Of a DNA stretch of 64,000 nt, positions 1-14,595 are shown in pieces. Origin of the DNA: the human T2T-CHM13v2.0 reference genome, Homo sapiens. A program made the translations under genes and the position numbers. Every line of letters begins with the position of its first letter. Position 1 is the stretch's first letter. Location: NCBI RefSeq assembly GCF_009914755.1, contig NC_060937.1. One strand, written 5' to 3'. Under the pieces are notes generated by a model, which ran no database searches, had not been told where the DNA came from, and saw nothing but the letters and a program-made list of their open reading frames with translations.

Positions 1-1275
1 CCTGCTTGGTGAGGGGAGAAGGTGAGGGCTCACAGGGAAGAGAGACCGGACTTCTCTTCGAATGGGCTGCAGTATACTGGTGGTGCCAGAATAACAATTA
101 GACTCTTTATTTCTTCTCTCATCCAAGGGTGATTAGGGCAGTACCTCTGCAGCTGCAATGGCAGAAGGGTTGTGTATTCTCTCTGGGAATTTCTTAGAGA
201 AATGCAGAGCTGCTTCTGACTGAAGTGTTCAAGGCGGAGTAAGGGAATTGTGCTGGAGTTGGAAGGTCCCACCCAGTGAAGAGAAGCAAGGACAGAAACC
301 CACATGGAGAAGAGTCTGGCCACTTTTCTGTGGGATGGCTGCACTGTGCTGGGAGCCACACCACTGCCTAATCACCACATACTCCCCAGAACTCACAGGG
401 TATAGTGGCAAGGGCTGTGAGACAGCAAGAATGGCATCTGGCCTCTCACTCTTAGAGCTCTGTCCCAGGAAAGTGCAGAGCTGCTACTGGCCCAAGATCT
501 TTGGTGGGATGTGGCTGGAGTCCCAGTTTGGTGGGTCTTGCCCCATGAGGAAAAGCAGGAGCCATCTGGGAGCCACATAAAAAATAGCCTGACTTCTTTT
601 CGATGGGATGGCTACACTGCAATGGAGATCCGCGCCTCTCCCTAATCACTACTCAAGCCTGAAGGCTATGGAGGCGGGGGCTGCAAGACAGCAAAAATGC
701 TGGCCAGCCTCTCTTTCTGGGAGCTTTATCCCAGAGAATTACAGAGCTGTTAGTTGCTTAGAGTCCAGAGGGTTGGAGGCTGGAGACCCAGGCAGGTGGG
801 CCTTAGCCTGTGAGATGCAGTGGAGGTGAGGCTTGCAGTCCATTGCTGCTCAGGACCCTGGATTTAGTTCCTTTCCTGTGGGCATGTGAGAGAACCTGTC
901 CTCCTCCACAGCCAGAGCTGCTGCTGCTAATTCTGGGATGTCCAGGGAATCAAGGCTCCAGGGACTCTGCATGTGCCTGAGCGGCAGCTCTGCCCAGACT
1001 CCCCATAGCTCTCTGTGTTGGTCTGGAGCCCCTGGTTGGGAGCTCACTGGGCATCTCCTGAGTTCAGGGTTGCAAAGGTCCATGGAAGAATTGTGGGTCT
1101 CCAGGGACTCTTACTCATTCATCATTTTCCCATGGTGAGGAAGACTCCCCTGACTTTGTGATACTCTCAGGTGGGTGGTCATCCTGTCTTGCTCCTCTCC
1201 ATTCTCCTTAGGTCGAGTTGTTTCCTTGATGAATCCCAATGTGTCTACCGAGATGTTCCAGTTGAAGATCTAGTA
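1..1275 (-). mobile_element. Old L1 5' region (L1PB/L1M-like), antisense
   Basis: GC-richer tract resembling recalled antisense L1 5' UTR sequence (tctctttctgggagctttatcccagag...gatgttccagttgaagat); subfamily uncertain. Confidence 0.5.
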
Positions 1276-2101
1276 ATTAAAGGTATTTGTTATTCAATGA
1301 ATATTGTAGTATAAACTATTAATTTCTGCCTCAGCCTTTCAAGACTCTATAAATTAATTGTTCTAATGCTTCTCCTATGCTTGGCAAGAAAATTGGATAG
1401 AGAAATATAGTTAGAGAAATAGTAGAAGAAAATCCACTGATTTTATTTTTCTCTTTATGTTAATTTTTTGAAGGTCTCTTTACACCAGAGCTAAGATCAC
1501 GAATAAAGGAGCAGCTTTGGGTTTGCAGAGATTACACAGGAATGTATGTTTCTGGCAGGTCATTTGCCATCTTTGCAAGGAGTGTACATGGATGTCATCA
1601 TTACAAAGGATGTGAGAGGTAATTGCTTTATTGTATTAAGAGAAGCAAACAGAAATCATAGTTCAAATGATTGCAACTCAAGTTTTGGCAATATTAATGA
1701 ACTTCAGGAAAAATTTAATTGAACTCTGTTAGAGCAAAATAAGTTAGTGACTTAATATTTTAATCAAACGATGTATTTTTCTGTCATATTAAGAAAAAAA
1801 TTCTGGGTTTTTTTTGGTAATAAAAATGGCCTAATGAACAGTTTCTAAAGTTAACCAAATGTTTAAATTACTTTTCAGGAAAAATTTATTCAAGAAGCAC
1901 TTATTAAAATTTCTTCCACTGTGCTGGATCCTTAATTTACATACTTGTTTGTAGATTCTGTTTCTCTTTAAGTATTTTTTAAAAATTCATATGGAATATT
2001 TCTTATAATCCCAAGTTTATTGTTGTTATGGTCAACCACTAATTACTTGAAGAATGTAATATAAAATTGTTTATCGTTTATGAAGTCTCTTAGTTACCTT
2101 T

Positions 2102-4351
2102 TGATACAGTTTGGCTGTGTACTCACCCAAGTCTCATCTTGAATTGTAGCTCTCATAATCCCCACGTGTTGTGGGAGGGACCTGATGGGAGGTAATTGAA
2201 TTATATGGGTGGGTTTTCCTATGTTCTTGTGATAGTGAATAAGTCTCATGAGATCTGATGGTTTTATAAAGGGCAGTTCCCCTGCACATACTCTCTTGCT
2301 TGCTGCCATGTAAATGTGCCTTTGTTCCTCCTTCACCTTCTGGGATGATTATGGGGCCTCCTTAGCCATGGGGACTGTGCCATTAAGCCTCTTTTTCTTT
2401 ATAAATTACCCAGCCTTGGGTATTTCTTCATAGCAGTATAAAAATGGATTAATACAGTAAATTGGTACTGGTAGAGTGGGGTACTGCTATTAAGATATCT
2501 GAAAATGTGGAAGCAACATTGGAACTGGGTAACAGGCAGAGGTTAGAACAATTTGGAGGGCTCAGAAGAAGACAGGAAGATGTGGGAAAGTTTGGAACTT
2601 CCTAGAGACTTGTTGAATTGCTTTCACTATAATGCTGATAGTAATATGGACAATAAAATCCAGGCTAAGGTGGTCTCAGATTGAGATGAGGAATTTGTTG
2701 GAAACTGGAGTAAAGGTCACTCTTGCTATGCAAAGAGATGTACTGCATTTTACCCCCACCCTAGAGATCTGTGGAACTTTGAACTTGAGAGAGATGATTT
2801 AGGGTATCTGGTAGAAGAAATTTCTAAGCAGCAAAGTGTTCAAGAAGTAACAGTGCATAAAAGTTTGGAAAATATGCAGCTTGACAATGTGGTAGAACAA
2901 AAAGCCCATTTTCTGGGGAGAAATTCAAGCCACTGCAGAAATTTGCACAAGTAATGAGGAACCAAAGGGTAATCCCCAAGACAATGGGTAAAATGTCTCC
3001 AGGGCATATGAGAGACCTTCACAGCAGCCCCTCCCATCACAGGCTCAGGGACCTGGGAGGAAAAAATGGTTTTGTGGGCCTAGTTCAGGGCTTCCTTCCT
3101 GTGTGCAGCCTAGGGACTTGGTGCCCTGTGTCCCAAATGCTCCAGTCATGGCTAAAAGTGACCAAAGTACAGCTCAGGTCATTGCTTCAGAAAGTGCGAG
3201 TCCCAAAGTCTTGACAGCTTCCACATGGTGTTGGTTCTGTGAGTGCACAGAAGTTGAGAACTGAGTTTTGGGAACCTCTGCCTAGTTTTCAGAGGATGTA
3301 TGGAAATACCTGGATGTCGAGGCAGAGGTGTGCTGCAGGGGTGGAGCCCTCATGGAGAACCTCTGCTAGGGCAGTGCAGAAGGGAAATGTAGGGTGGGAG
3401 CCTCCACACAGTGTCCCTATTGGGGTACTTCCTTGTGGAGCTGTGAGAAGAAGGCCACCATCCTCCAGATCCCGGAATGGTAGATCCATTGAAAGCTTGA
3501 ACTGTGCACCTAAAGAAGCCACAGACACTCAATGCCAGCCCAGGAAAGCGGCCAGGAGGGAGGCTGTACCCTGCAAAGCCACAGGGGCAGAGCTGTCCGA
3601 GGCTGTGGGAGCCCACCTCCTGTATCAGCATGACCTGGATGTGAAACATGGAGTCAAAGGAGATCATTTTGGAGCTTTAAGATTTGACTGCCCCACTGGA
3701 TTTTGGACTTGCATGGGTCCTGCAGCCCCTTTGTTTTAATTAATTTCTCCTGTTTAGAATGGCTGTATTTACCCAATGCCTGTACCCCTATTTTATCTAG
3801 GAAGTAACTAACTTGCTCTTGATTTAACAGGCTCATCGGCAGAAGGAACTTGCCTTGTCTCAGATGAGACTTTGGATATAGACTTTTGAGTAAATGCTGA
3901 AATGAGATAACACTTTGGGGGACTGTTGGGAAGGCATGGTTGGTTTTGAAATGTGAGGACATGAGATGTGGGAGGGGCTGGGGGTGGAATGATATGGTTT
4001 GACTGTGTCCCAACCCAAATCTCATCTTGAATTGTAGCTCCCACAGTTCCCATGTATCCTAGGAGGGACCCGATGGGAGGTAATTGAATCATAGGGGTGG
4101 GTTTTCCCCTCCTGTCCTCATGATACTGAATAAGTCTCATGAGACCTGATGGTTTTATAAAGAGTAGTTCCTCTAAACATGTTCTCTTCCCTGCCACCAT
4201 GTAAGATGTGCCTTTGCTACTCCTTCACCTTCTGTGATAATTTTGAGGCCTCCCTAGCCATGGGGACTGTGAGTCCATTAAACCTCTTTTTCTCTATAAA
4301 TTACCCAGTCTTGGGTATTTCTTCATAGGAGTAAAAAAATAGACTAATACA
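2102..4351 (+). mobile_element. Full-length THE1 (MaLR) element: LTR 2102-2456, internal 2457-3989, LTR 3990-4351
   Basis: Two homologous TG...CA LTRs (tgata.gtttg.ctgtgt...taataca); polypurine tract before the 3' LTR; THE1-int sequence; TSD degenerate. Confidence 0.92.
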
Positions 4352-5121
4352 CTCTTTATCTTTCAGACTTTTCTATATTTTTATAACTTTTTGTGAGACT
4401 TCATAAAAGTTTAGAAAATGCATTAGTTAATTGTGTTATTGCTAAAAGTGAAAGCCATCTAGCATTCTTATTCACATATGGCCTAGTTTTTCAAGAGTTT
4501 TTCAGAACTTAGGTTGGCTAGAAAATCACCAGTCTTTTCTCATTATATTGTAGAAATTTCATCAGTGAGTATTATCAGATGTTGTGTAAGACCTTACAAA
4601 GACCCCACAGAAGTAAAGGCAATAATCCTATATGTAAAAAAACAAATTGATAACAAAAACAAAAAACAAAACAAAACAAACTAAAAAGTACTGAAACTTC
4701 AAGAAATGTTTTTCCAATAATTGAAAATAAATAGCTGTTTGGATGAATATAAAAATAAATCTCAATAAATTAAATTCAGCTGCCATTTTTGAATAATTAA
4801 TTGGTATATGTTGGATTATGTGTGCATATTGTGTAACAATGATACTGGCTGTAAGATAGCTCATATTGGGTTCTTTTTCTGCTACCTATAATAGATTTGT
4901 GAGTGTCTTACAACACTTTCCAGTCTGGTTCGTCTTATATTTAGCATTTTCTAGTTGGCTGCTCCTATGTAAAGGTGAAGTTTACGATTATAAAGTGGAG
5001 TTAATATAACTAAATGCTATGGCAGAGGATGTTGCACTTTTGAAAAATGGAATAACAGGGACCATATTTTCTCTTCTGAGTAAAACCATTTTTAAAAAAC
5101 AAAAATAAATTTAAAACACAG

Positions 5122-5338
5122 GGCTGGGAGCAGTGGCTCACACCTATAATTCCAGCACTTTGGGATGCTGAGGTGGGCGGATCACTTGAGGTCAGGGGTT
5201 TGAGACCAGCCTAGCCAACATGGCAAAATCCCATCTCTACTAAAAATACAATAATTAGCCAGGCATGGTGGCATGTGCCTGAATTCCCAACTGCTCAGGT
5301 GGCTGAGACACAAGAATTGCTTGAACCCGGAAAAAAAA
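5122..5338 (+). mobile_element. Alu (S-type), truncated in the right arm
   Basis: Alu consensus up to ttgaacccgg, then an A-run. Confidence 0.9.
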
Positions 5339-5399
5339 TAAAGAACAGTTTTCAAAATGCTGGGTATCAGACAATGAATCACAGTGATTCTTTGGATAT

Positions 5400-8300
5400 A
5401 AAAAGAAAAGTGAGATGAGCCCTGTGATTGCCCCCAGCTTTCTGTCTTTTCCTAGGCTGCAGTGCAGGAATGGGAAATCCTGGTGAATCTTGGCAGACAA
5501 GATGGAGCTGAGTATTGAAGGAGGCCAAGAAAATAGAGTTCATAGTACCGAGGACCAGAGAGGACAGAGCTGTAGAGACAGAGAACTCTGGAGATCCATA
5601 GAGGGTTCACCTAAGTATTCAGCAGAATACTGATCAACACATGCATATGAGAAAACCAATAAAGGTCAGAGAAAGAACCATCTGAAAAATTAGAGAAAAT
5701 AATTTCTCACATAAAGCCTTAAATAGCACCTATTCCCACCATCTAGATTTTGAAACTTCATAATTCACTGGACATTGAGAATAGTTCTAAGAAGAGTCGT
5801 GCCTAAATTGGAGGGAATAATTAACTCCAGATTATACACAGATCTGACTCTGCTTAATAAATCTTAAAAACAAGACCCCAGTGAATTAAACTGTTTCCAT
5901 AACCAAACTATAATCTTAGAACAAAGTGCAGGAATATTTATAGAAGTACAAAAATGTCCAGCACCCAGCAAGGCAATTTACAATGTTTGGCAACCAGAGA
6001 TTACCAGGCATGAAAAGAAACAGGAAAATACGGTGCAAAATGAGGGAAAAAAAATAACCAACTAAACTTACCCAGATCTGGCGCAATTATTAGAATTAGC
6101 AGAAGACATTAAACAGTTACTATAATTATAGTCCATATGTTCAAAAAGTTATGTAGAGACATGAGACACAAACACACACAGTTTAGAAACTAAAAAATAA
6201 CGATCAAATTGAAGTCAAATTAAGTAGACGAAAGGCCATGACACATATTATGGTGGAAATCAGCAAAGCAGAAAACAGGAACATGACGCAGAAAATTAAT
6301 GAAACCAAACGATTGTTTTTTGAACAAAATCAACAAATTGATTGAAGGCTTAGTAGATTGGTTAGGGAAATAAGAGAGGACACAAATTACCAGTTTCAGG
6401 AATGAGAGAGGTAACATTGCTAAGATATTTGAAGGATTATAACGGAATATTTTGAACAATACAATAAATTTGACAATTGTGTGAAATAGACAAGTTTCAT
6501 TCCTTGAAAGACACAAACTACAAAATATCACTCAAGAAAAAATAGGTAATCAGCATAACCCTTTATTTATTAAATAAAGAGAATTTGTATTTAGAAACCT
6601 TCCCTCAAAGACAATTGCAGGCCTAGATAACTTCACTGGTGAATTCTACCAAATGTTTAAGGAAGAAAACAACAGACTTAAAGTTGAAAGACTGAATGCT
6701 TTTTTCTAAGATCACAAAGATTAAACATGTCTACTCTTACCACTTCTACTCGATATTGTTCCACTATTCAACATCAACCTGTGAGATAAGAAAGGAAAAT
6801 ATAAACAGCATCCAGATCACAGAGACAGAGGTAAAATTATCTTTATTTGCAAACAGCATAATTATCTATGTATAAAATACTGTATAATCTTAAAAATACT
6901 AGAATTAATTTAATACTAGAATTAAACCTTGAATTTAACAAGGTTACAGAATACAAGATGAAAGTACAGAAAGTAAACAATCAGAAATTTAAATAAAAAC
7001 AATGCCATTTATAATTCCATCAAAAAATTGAAATCTTTATAATATTTTCTCACCAATGCTTTGTCATTTTAAGTTTACAGGTCTTCCACATCTTTTGTCA
7101 AGTTCTCCCTAAGTATTTAAAGATGTGGAAGACCTGTAAACTTAGAATGATAAAGCATTGGTGAGAAAATAAGGAAGACCCTAAGTAAACTAACAGATAT
7201 GTTTTGTTCATGGTTTGGAGACTAAATATTATAAAGATTTCAATTAACGCCAAATTGATCTGTAGATTCAACACAGTCCCAATTACTAACCCAGCAGATA
7301 TTTTTATTTTTTTAAATAGAAAATTGCCAAGCTGATGTAAAAATTCCCTGGAAATGCAAATAACTTAAAATAGCCAAAACAACTTTGAAAAGGATGAATG
7401 AAATTGGGGATTTACCCTTTTTGATTTTATGACTTATTTTAAACCTACAGTAATCAAGTCAGTGTGGTATTTGCAATAAGAAACACAAATAGATGAATTG
7501 AACAAAAAGAAAGAATAGAAATAAAGTAACAGAAATAGACCCAAAAAATGTGGCCCTTTTTATAAATATGCAAAGGCAAATCAGTAGAGAAAGAATCGTT
7601 TTTTCAGAAAATGGAATTGGAATAACTGGTAACCTATAGAAAAAAAAGAACCATTCCTTTAACCATGAACACTTTTTTTTAACATTACACTTAATGTAGA
7701 AAAAACTAATAAATCTTATAAGAGAAAGTGTATTAGAACATTTTTGTGACTTTCAGTGAACATAGTATTTCTTTAATGACACGAAAAACACAACCCATGA
7801 AAAAAAAAGAGATAAATTTGACTTCAGTGTTTTGAAAATACTGTTAAGAGAATGAAAAGAAAGTTCACATGCTTGGAGAAAACGTTTCACCTTACATATC
7901 TGATAAAAAATTTGTATTCAAAATGTAGAAGAAACTCAAAATTCAATAATACTAATTTTAAAAAATGAATCTAATTAATATTTGGCAAAATATTTGAACA
8001 GATCACTAAAGATGCAGAGGAAAGAAGACTCTAATACACTATTGACAGGAATGTTAATTATTACAACCTCTATGGGAAACGATATGGAAATTTCTCAAAG
8101 AACTAAAAATAAAGTTATCATTCAATCCAGCCATCCCTCTATGGTGTATTTACCCAAAGGAAAATAAATCAATATATTAAAAAGGTACCTGCACTTGTAT
8201 GTTTATTGCAACCCTATCAATCAACAATATCAAAGATATGGAATCAACTGAGTGTCCATCCACAGATGATTGGATAAAGAAAAGGCAATACTTCTACTCA

Positions 8301-9235
8301 ATGGAATACTATTTATTCCATAAAAATGAAATCATGTCTTTTGCAGAAACATGGATGAAACTGAAGGCCATTATCTTAAGTGAAACAAGTCAGATGCACA
8401 AAGGCAAATATTGGTGTTCTCATTCATGTGGGAGCTAAATAATTTGTACACACGGACATGGAGAGTGTAATGATAGATAATGGACACTTGGAAGGGTGAA
8501 GATTGGGGGGAGGATGATGAGAAATTACTTAATGGATACAATGTGTGTTATTGGGGTGATGAATGCCCTAAAAGCCCTAACTTGACTCCTATGCAATCTA
8601 TGCATGTCACAAAATTGCACTTGTACAATAAATTAATACAAATGAAAGATACACAAACGTCAAATAAGCACATGGAAAACATGCATCAGTGAAATGCAAA
8701 TTAAAACCACAATGAGATTCTATTACATACCTATTAGAATAGTTAAATTAGAAAGACTGACCATGTTAAGTGTTGGTAAAAGGAATTGGAACTCTAACAT
8801 ATTTCTGGTGGGAATGCAAAATAGTAGAATTACTTTGGAGTATCACCTGGTAGTTTCCAAAAATGTTTGTGATATACATTTTATATGATCCAGTCATTCC
8901 ACTATTACATGTTAACTCAAGAGAAAGTAGAATCAGACAAAAAATAAACTATGCATACTGTGTGATTCAATTTGTATAGAAGTTGGAAAATGTAATTATC
9001 TCTAGTGATAGAAGGTAGATCTGTGGTTGCCTGGAGCTGGGGCACGAAGAAGTAGGAAGGTAGAAATTAAAAAGGGCATAAGCAAACTTTTGGTGATGAT
9101 GAATATATTTACAAGCCTGAGTGTAGTGATGGTTTTCACAGGTGTATAGTATGCCCAAACTTATCAAATTGCACACAAATATTTTCAATTCATTGTAATG
9201 TAATTATACTTTAAAATAGCTATTCAAACAGACAA
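5400..9235 (+). mobile_element. Degenerate L1M fragments, with an L1MA-type 3' end nested at about 8010-8640
   Basis: ORF2-like remnants (MQIKTTMRFYYIPIRIVKL; MFIATLS...DDWIKK) and A-rich strand bias. Confidence 0.75.
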
Positions 9236-9620
9236 TAAAACAAAAGCTTTAGTGTTTATAAGAATCACAGGGGCTTTGGTGAAGATCAGATGGTCATAGG
9301 TGTGTGATCTTATTTCTGAACTCCTTATTCTGTTCCATTGATCTATGTGCCTGTTTCTGTATCAGTACCATGTTGTTTTGGTTATTGTAACCCTCTACTA
9401 TAGTTTGATGTTAGTAATGTGGTTCTCCCAGCATTGGTTTTTTTAAAAATTATTTATTTATTTATTTATTTATTTTGCTTAGGATGGTCTTGGCTATTCA
9501 GGTTCTCTTTTGGTTTCATATAAATTTTAAAATAGTTTTTTTTCTGGTTCAGTGAAGCATGCCATTGGGAGTTTAATAGAAATAGTATTGAATCTGCAAA
9601 TTGCTTTGGGCAGTAAGCCC

Positions 9621-10235
<615 letters not shown>

Positions 10236-10891
10236 GTTTCCTTCTATCCATGAGCATGGGATGTTTTTTTCTATTTGTTTGTGTCATCTCTGATTTTTTT
10301 GAGCAGTGTTTTGTAATTCTTATTGTAAGATCTTTCAACTTTCTGGTTAGCTGTATTCCTAATTATTTTATTCTTTTTCTGTCAATCATTAATGGGATTA
10401 CCTTCTTGACTTGGCTCTCAGCTTGGCTATTGTTGCAGTATAGGAATGCTCCTGATTTTTGTATGTTAATTTTGTATCTTGAAACTTTGCTGAAATTATA
10501 AGCTGAAGGAGCTTTTGGACTGAGACTATGGTGTTTTCTAGATATAAAATCATTTCATCTGCTAACAGGGATAGTTTGACTTCCTTTCTTTCTATTTGGA
10601 TGTCCTTTATTTCTTTCTCTTGTCTGATTGCTCTGGCTAGAACTCAATACTATTTTGAAAAGGAGTGGTGAGAGAAGGCATCCTTTTCTTGTGCCAGTTC
10701 TCAAGGGAAATGCTTCCAGCTTTTGCCCATTCAGTATGATGTTGGTTGTGGGACAAAAACAGGTAATGGGGAAAAGACTCTGTATTCAGTAAGTGGTGCT
10801 GGGATAACTGGCTAGCAGAAGACTGAAGCTGGACCCTTTCCTTATACCATATACAAACATCAACTCAAGATGCATTAAAGACTTAAATGTA

Positions 10892-11150
10892 GGAGATCTA
10901 GACCATACTGGCTAACACGGTGAAACCCTGTCTCTGCTAAAAATACAAAAAATTAGCCAAGTGTGGTGGTGGGCACCTGTAGTCCCAGCTACTCAGGAGT
11001 CTGAGGCAGGAGAATGGTGTGAACCTGGGAGGCGGAGCTTGCGGTGAGCCGAGATTGCACCACTGTACTCCAGCCTGGGTGACAGAGTGAGACTCTGTCA
11101 AAAACAAAACAAAACAAAACAAAACAAAACAAAACAAAACAAAACAGAAA
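10892..11150 (+). mobile_element. 5'-truncated AluY-like element with (CAAAA)n tail, inside the L1
   Basis: Begins ggagatctagaccatactggctaacacgg; tail is a pentanucleotide microsatellite. Confidence 0.88.
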
Positions 11151-12241
11151 AACAAACCCAGAAACTATAAAAACCCTGGAAGACAACCTACTGATACCAT
11201 CCTGGACATAGGAATGGGCAAAGATTAAAATTAAGAGATGCATAGCAAAAGAAACTATCAACAGAGTAAACAGACAACTTACAGAATGGGAGAAAATATT
11301 TGCAAACTATTCATCTGACAAAGGTCTAATATTTAGCATCTATAAGGAACTTAAGCAAATTTACAAGAGAAAAACAATCCCATAAAAAAGTGGGCAAAGT
11401 ATGTGAACAGGTACTTTTCAAAAGAAAACATACAGGTGGCCAACAAGTATATAAAAACAGCTCAATAGCAATGATCATTAGAGAAATACAAATCAAAACC
11501 ACAATGATATACCATCTCACACCAGTCAGAATGGCTACTATAAAAAAGTCAAACAATAACAGATGCTGGAGAGGTTGTGGAGAAAAGGGAACACTGATAC
11601 ACTGTTGGTAGAAGTGTATATTAGTTCAGCCATTGTGGAAAGCAGTATGATGATTCCTCAAAGAACTAAAAACAGAACTACCATTTGACCCAACATTCTC
11701 ATTACTGAGTATATAACCAGAGGAATATAAATGATTCTACTGTAAAGACACATACGTGTATGTGAATGTTCATTGCAGCACTATTCACTATAGCAAAGAC
11801 ATGGAATAAGCCTAAATACCTATCAAAGATAGATTGGATAAAGAAAATGTGGTACATATACACCATGGAATATTATGCAGCCATAAAAAAGAATAAGAGC
11901 ATGTATTTTGCGGGACCATGGATGGAGCTGGAAGCTATTATCCTTAGCAAACTAACAAAGGAACAGAAAACCAAATACCACATGTTCTCACTCATAAGTG
12001 GGAGCTAAATGATGAGAACTCATGGATACAAAGAAGGGAGCAACAGACACTGGGATCCACTTTAAGTGGGAGGATGGGAGACAGAGCAGCAGAAAAAGTA
12101 TCTATTGGGTACCAGGTTTAATACGTGGGTGATGAAATAATTTTTACAACAAAGCCCCATGACATGAGTTTATCTGTATAACCAACCTTTACATGTACCC
12201 TCAAATCCAAAATAAAAGTTAAAAACAAATCACAGGGGAGG

Positions 12242-14595
12242 TGTTGGAGGTCAAAAGATTGAGGGTCATGATCAACTCAGTATACCACTGGGGACTATAT
12301 GAGCAAACAGCAAACTGTTCTCATAAATGCAGAATGTTGGCAAACTGACAAACTCTGTCTGTCTGCCGCTCAGAAGGAATGCTGAGGGCAGTCACGCCCC
12401 AAGCGCAGTGTTTCTTATGATTAGGCACATCTGAAGCCTGTTAGTAATAATAGGAACCTGTGATCAATTAAGCAGCTGACCAATCGTTACCTCCTCCTCC
12501 CTGCTCATTCTACCCAATAAATACAAAGGGCTGTGGAAGCTCAGGGGGGCTGCAGCTGCCTTTGCTCACTGGAAGCAGGGAGCCCTCTTCTTCTTCCCCT
12601 GGCCCCTTCCTTTAAAATAGTTACTTTTGTCTTAAGTTTTTATTTCTATGTTCATCCCTTTGTTCAGTCTTGTAATGACAGTCTCAAGTAGTAACTGTTG
12701 TAATGAACGGTCTCAAGTAGTAACAGTGGTAACTGTTGTAGTAATGGTCTCAAGTAGTAACCATGATGGTCTGCCACAAGTGGCACCTGAACAGGGACAA
12801 TCAGGGACAAACAGAGACCTGAAAAGGCCTGCAGGGACAAATAGAGATAAGTAGGGATAAATAGACATAAATAGAGATAAAATAGAAATAAATAGAGGCA
12901 AATAGAGATAGGCAGGGAAAGACAGAGACTTGCAGGTACTAACAGGGGCCATAGGGACAGACAGGGATAGATAGGGATAAAGACTAGTAAAAGACTGGCA
13001 GAGACTAGCAAAGACTAGCAGAAACTTGCAGGGACAGACAGGGAAAGATAGGGACAGATAAGGTCCTATAGGGACTTGAACGAGGAAGGTCTGCTGGAAC
13101 AGAAAAATCTAAAACCAACCAGATGAATAAGAAACCCCGTTACAAGTCTGTCAGCAGCAACATAAGGTCAGTGCTCTAAAAAGGTACTGGTCAGTGCCCT
13201 ACAGGTGCAAAGAATGGGAAGTTTTTGAATCAGGATAATATGGGGAAGAATTTGGTTATTTCTTTTCTCTTTTTTGTTTGCAGTTTGGTATGTACCATCT
13301 TTCTGTCATTATTTCAGGGCTTGAGAGAATTTTTTTTGCCCCACTTACAGCACCTATAGAAAGTGGTGAACAGGAGAGGCTTGTACCATCTTCTTTTGTG
13401 GCTACAGAAAGGCTAACTTTAGCTTTGGCTTTCATGGATTGTAAACATGCACTGGCACCTGTGAGATGTGCAGAGGACTTGGGAGGTTTTCTCACAGCTT
13501 GTCAAGATGTGGGAGCTGAGCTTCATCGCTCTACGGTGTTGACTCAGGCAATGGCTAATTTGGTAGCTGACAGATCTAAAAGAAGCCAAAGGTTAAGCCA
13601 TAAAGTGGGAAAGCGTTATAAGTGTAGAAAAATTGGACATTTCAAAAGAGAATGCCGTCAGACCTCTGGGCAGAAGGGATCTTATAACACTCTTCTCAAC
13701 AGAAAAAATGCCAGGACTTTGCTCTCATTGCAATAATGAGTTTGCAATGACTTTTCTCTCATTGCAATAAAAGAAATCATTGGGCTAATCAATGCCATTC
13801 AAAATTTCATCAAAATGGCACCCTCCTATTGGGAAACGAGAAGGGGTCCTGGACCCGGACACTTCAATGAGGGCAGTCCACGTCCAGGCCACAACTCCAT
13901 TTCAGGGGTGAGTTTCCGGAGGCTCATTGATTCCCTCTCCCCAGGAACACCTAGAAGCACAGAATTAGATCTCCCAGTCAGAGAACGGGTTGCATTAGTT
14001 GGAGGAGACAAACCCACCAAGATTCACACTGGCATTTGAGGACCTTTACCAACAGGATACATGGGATTAATTTTGGGCAAAAGCTGTCTTAACTTACAGG
14101 CCTAGGAGTTGTTGATTTGGATTATGAAGGAGAAATTCAGGTAGTGGTAATGTCACAAGATCTTTGGGTTTTGAACCAGGAGAATATATTGTGCAACTGT
14201 TGCTTATTCCCTGTAAATTGCACCCTTCTCTACATAAGGAGAAATGAGGAGGTCGGGGATTTGGAAGTACAACTAGGAGAGAGATTTATGTATCACAACC
14301 CATAGCATCTAGCGGACCCACCTATACGGTGCAAATGGAAGGTTTAAGGATTGCTTTTTTGCTATATTGTTGTACGAGAAGGATAAGCCTCGATTTGCTT
14401 TCTCTGTGCCTCCTGTTAATCAGAAAAATCCTGTTTCTCATTATCAGTGGAAAGTTTTACCCCATGGCAATTAACCAAAGAGGCAGAGGCTGAGTTGCAG
14501 CTTGTAGAGCAGTCACTTTGGGAGTGGCATGCCTTGCGGCTACATCCATAAAGGCTTTTGCTTCTGTTTCAGTAGATTTACTAACATAGGGACAT
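12242..14595 (+). mobile_element. HERV-K(HML-6)/LTR3-like provirus remnant: 5' LTR 12242-12778, PBS, deleted gag-dUTPase/pro-pol, no env or 3' LTR
   Basis: TG...CA LTR; PBS tggcacctgaacagggac at 12781-12798 (tRNA-Lys3 type); zinc-knuckle remnant KCRKIGHFKREC; dUTPase motifs (GLILG, DYEGEI, GFGST); RT remnant KDCFF...RFAFSVP...YQWKVLP. Confidence 0.85.

Noticed and set aside
30-1138. Overlapping short ORFs in a GC-richer tract
   Set aside because: No recognisable protein family or splice structure; best explained as L1 5' region
2840-4200. Cluster of 66-166 aa ORFs
   Set aside because: All lie within the THE1 internal region or LTR; typical spurious MaLR translations
12670-12765. CRISPR-like repeat-spacer appearance
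   Set aside because: Short repeats with related, non-unique spacers inside a retroviral LTR in a eukaryotic genome
13278-13736. 152-aa gag-like ORF as a domesticated gene
   Set aside because: Non-ATG start, internally deleted gag and a first knuckle Cys replaced by Tyr; no sign of maintained function
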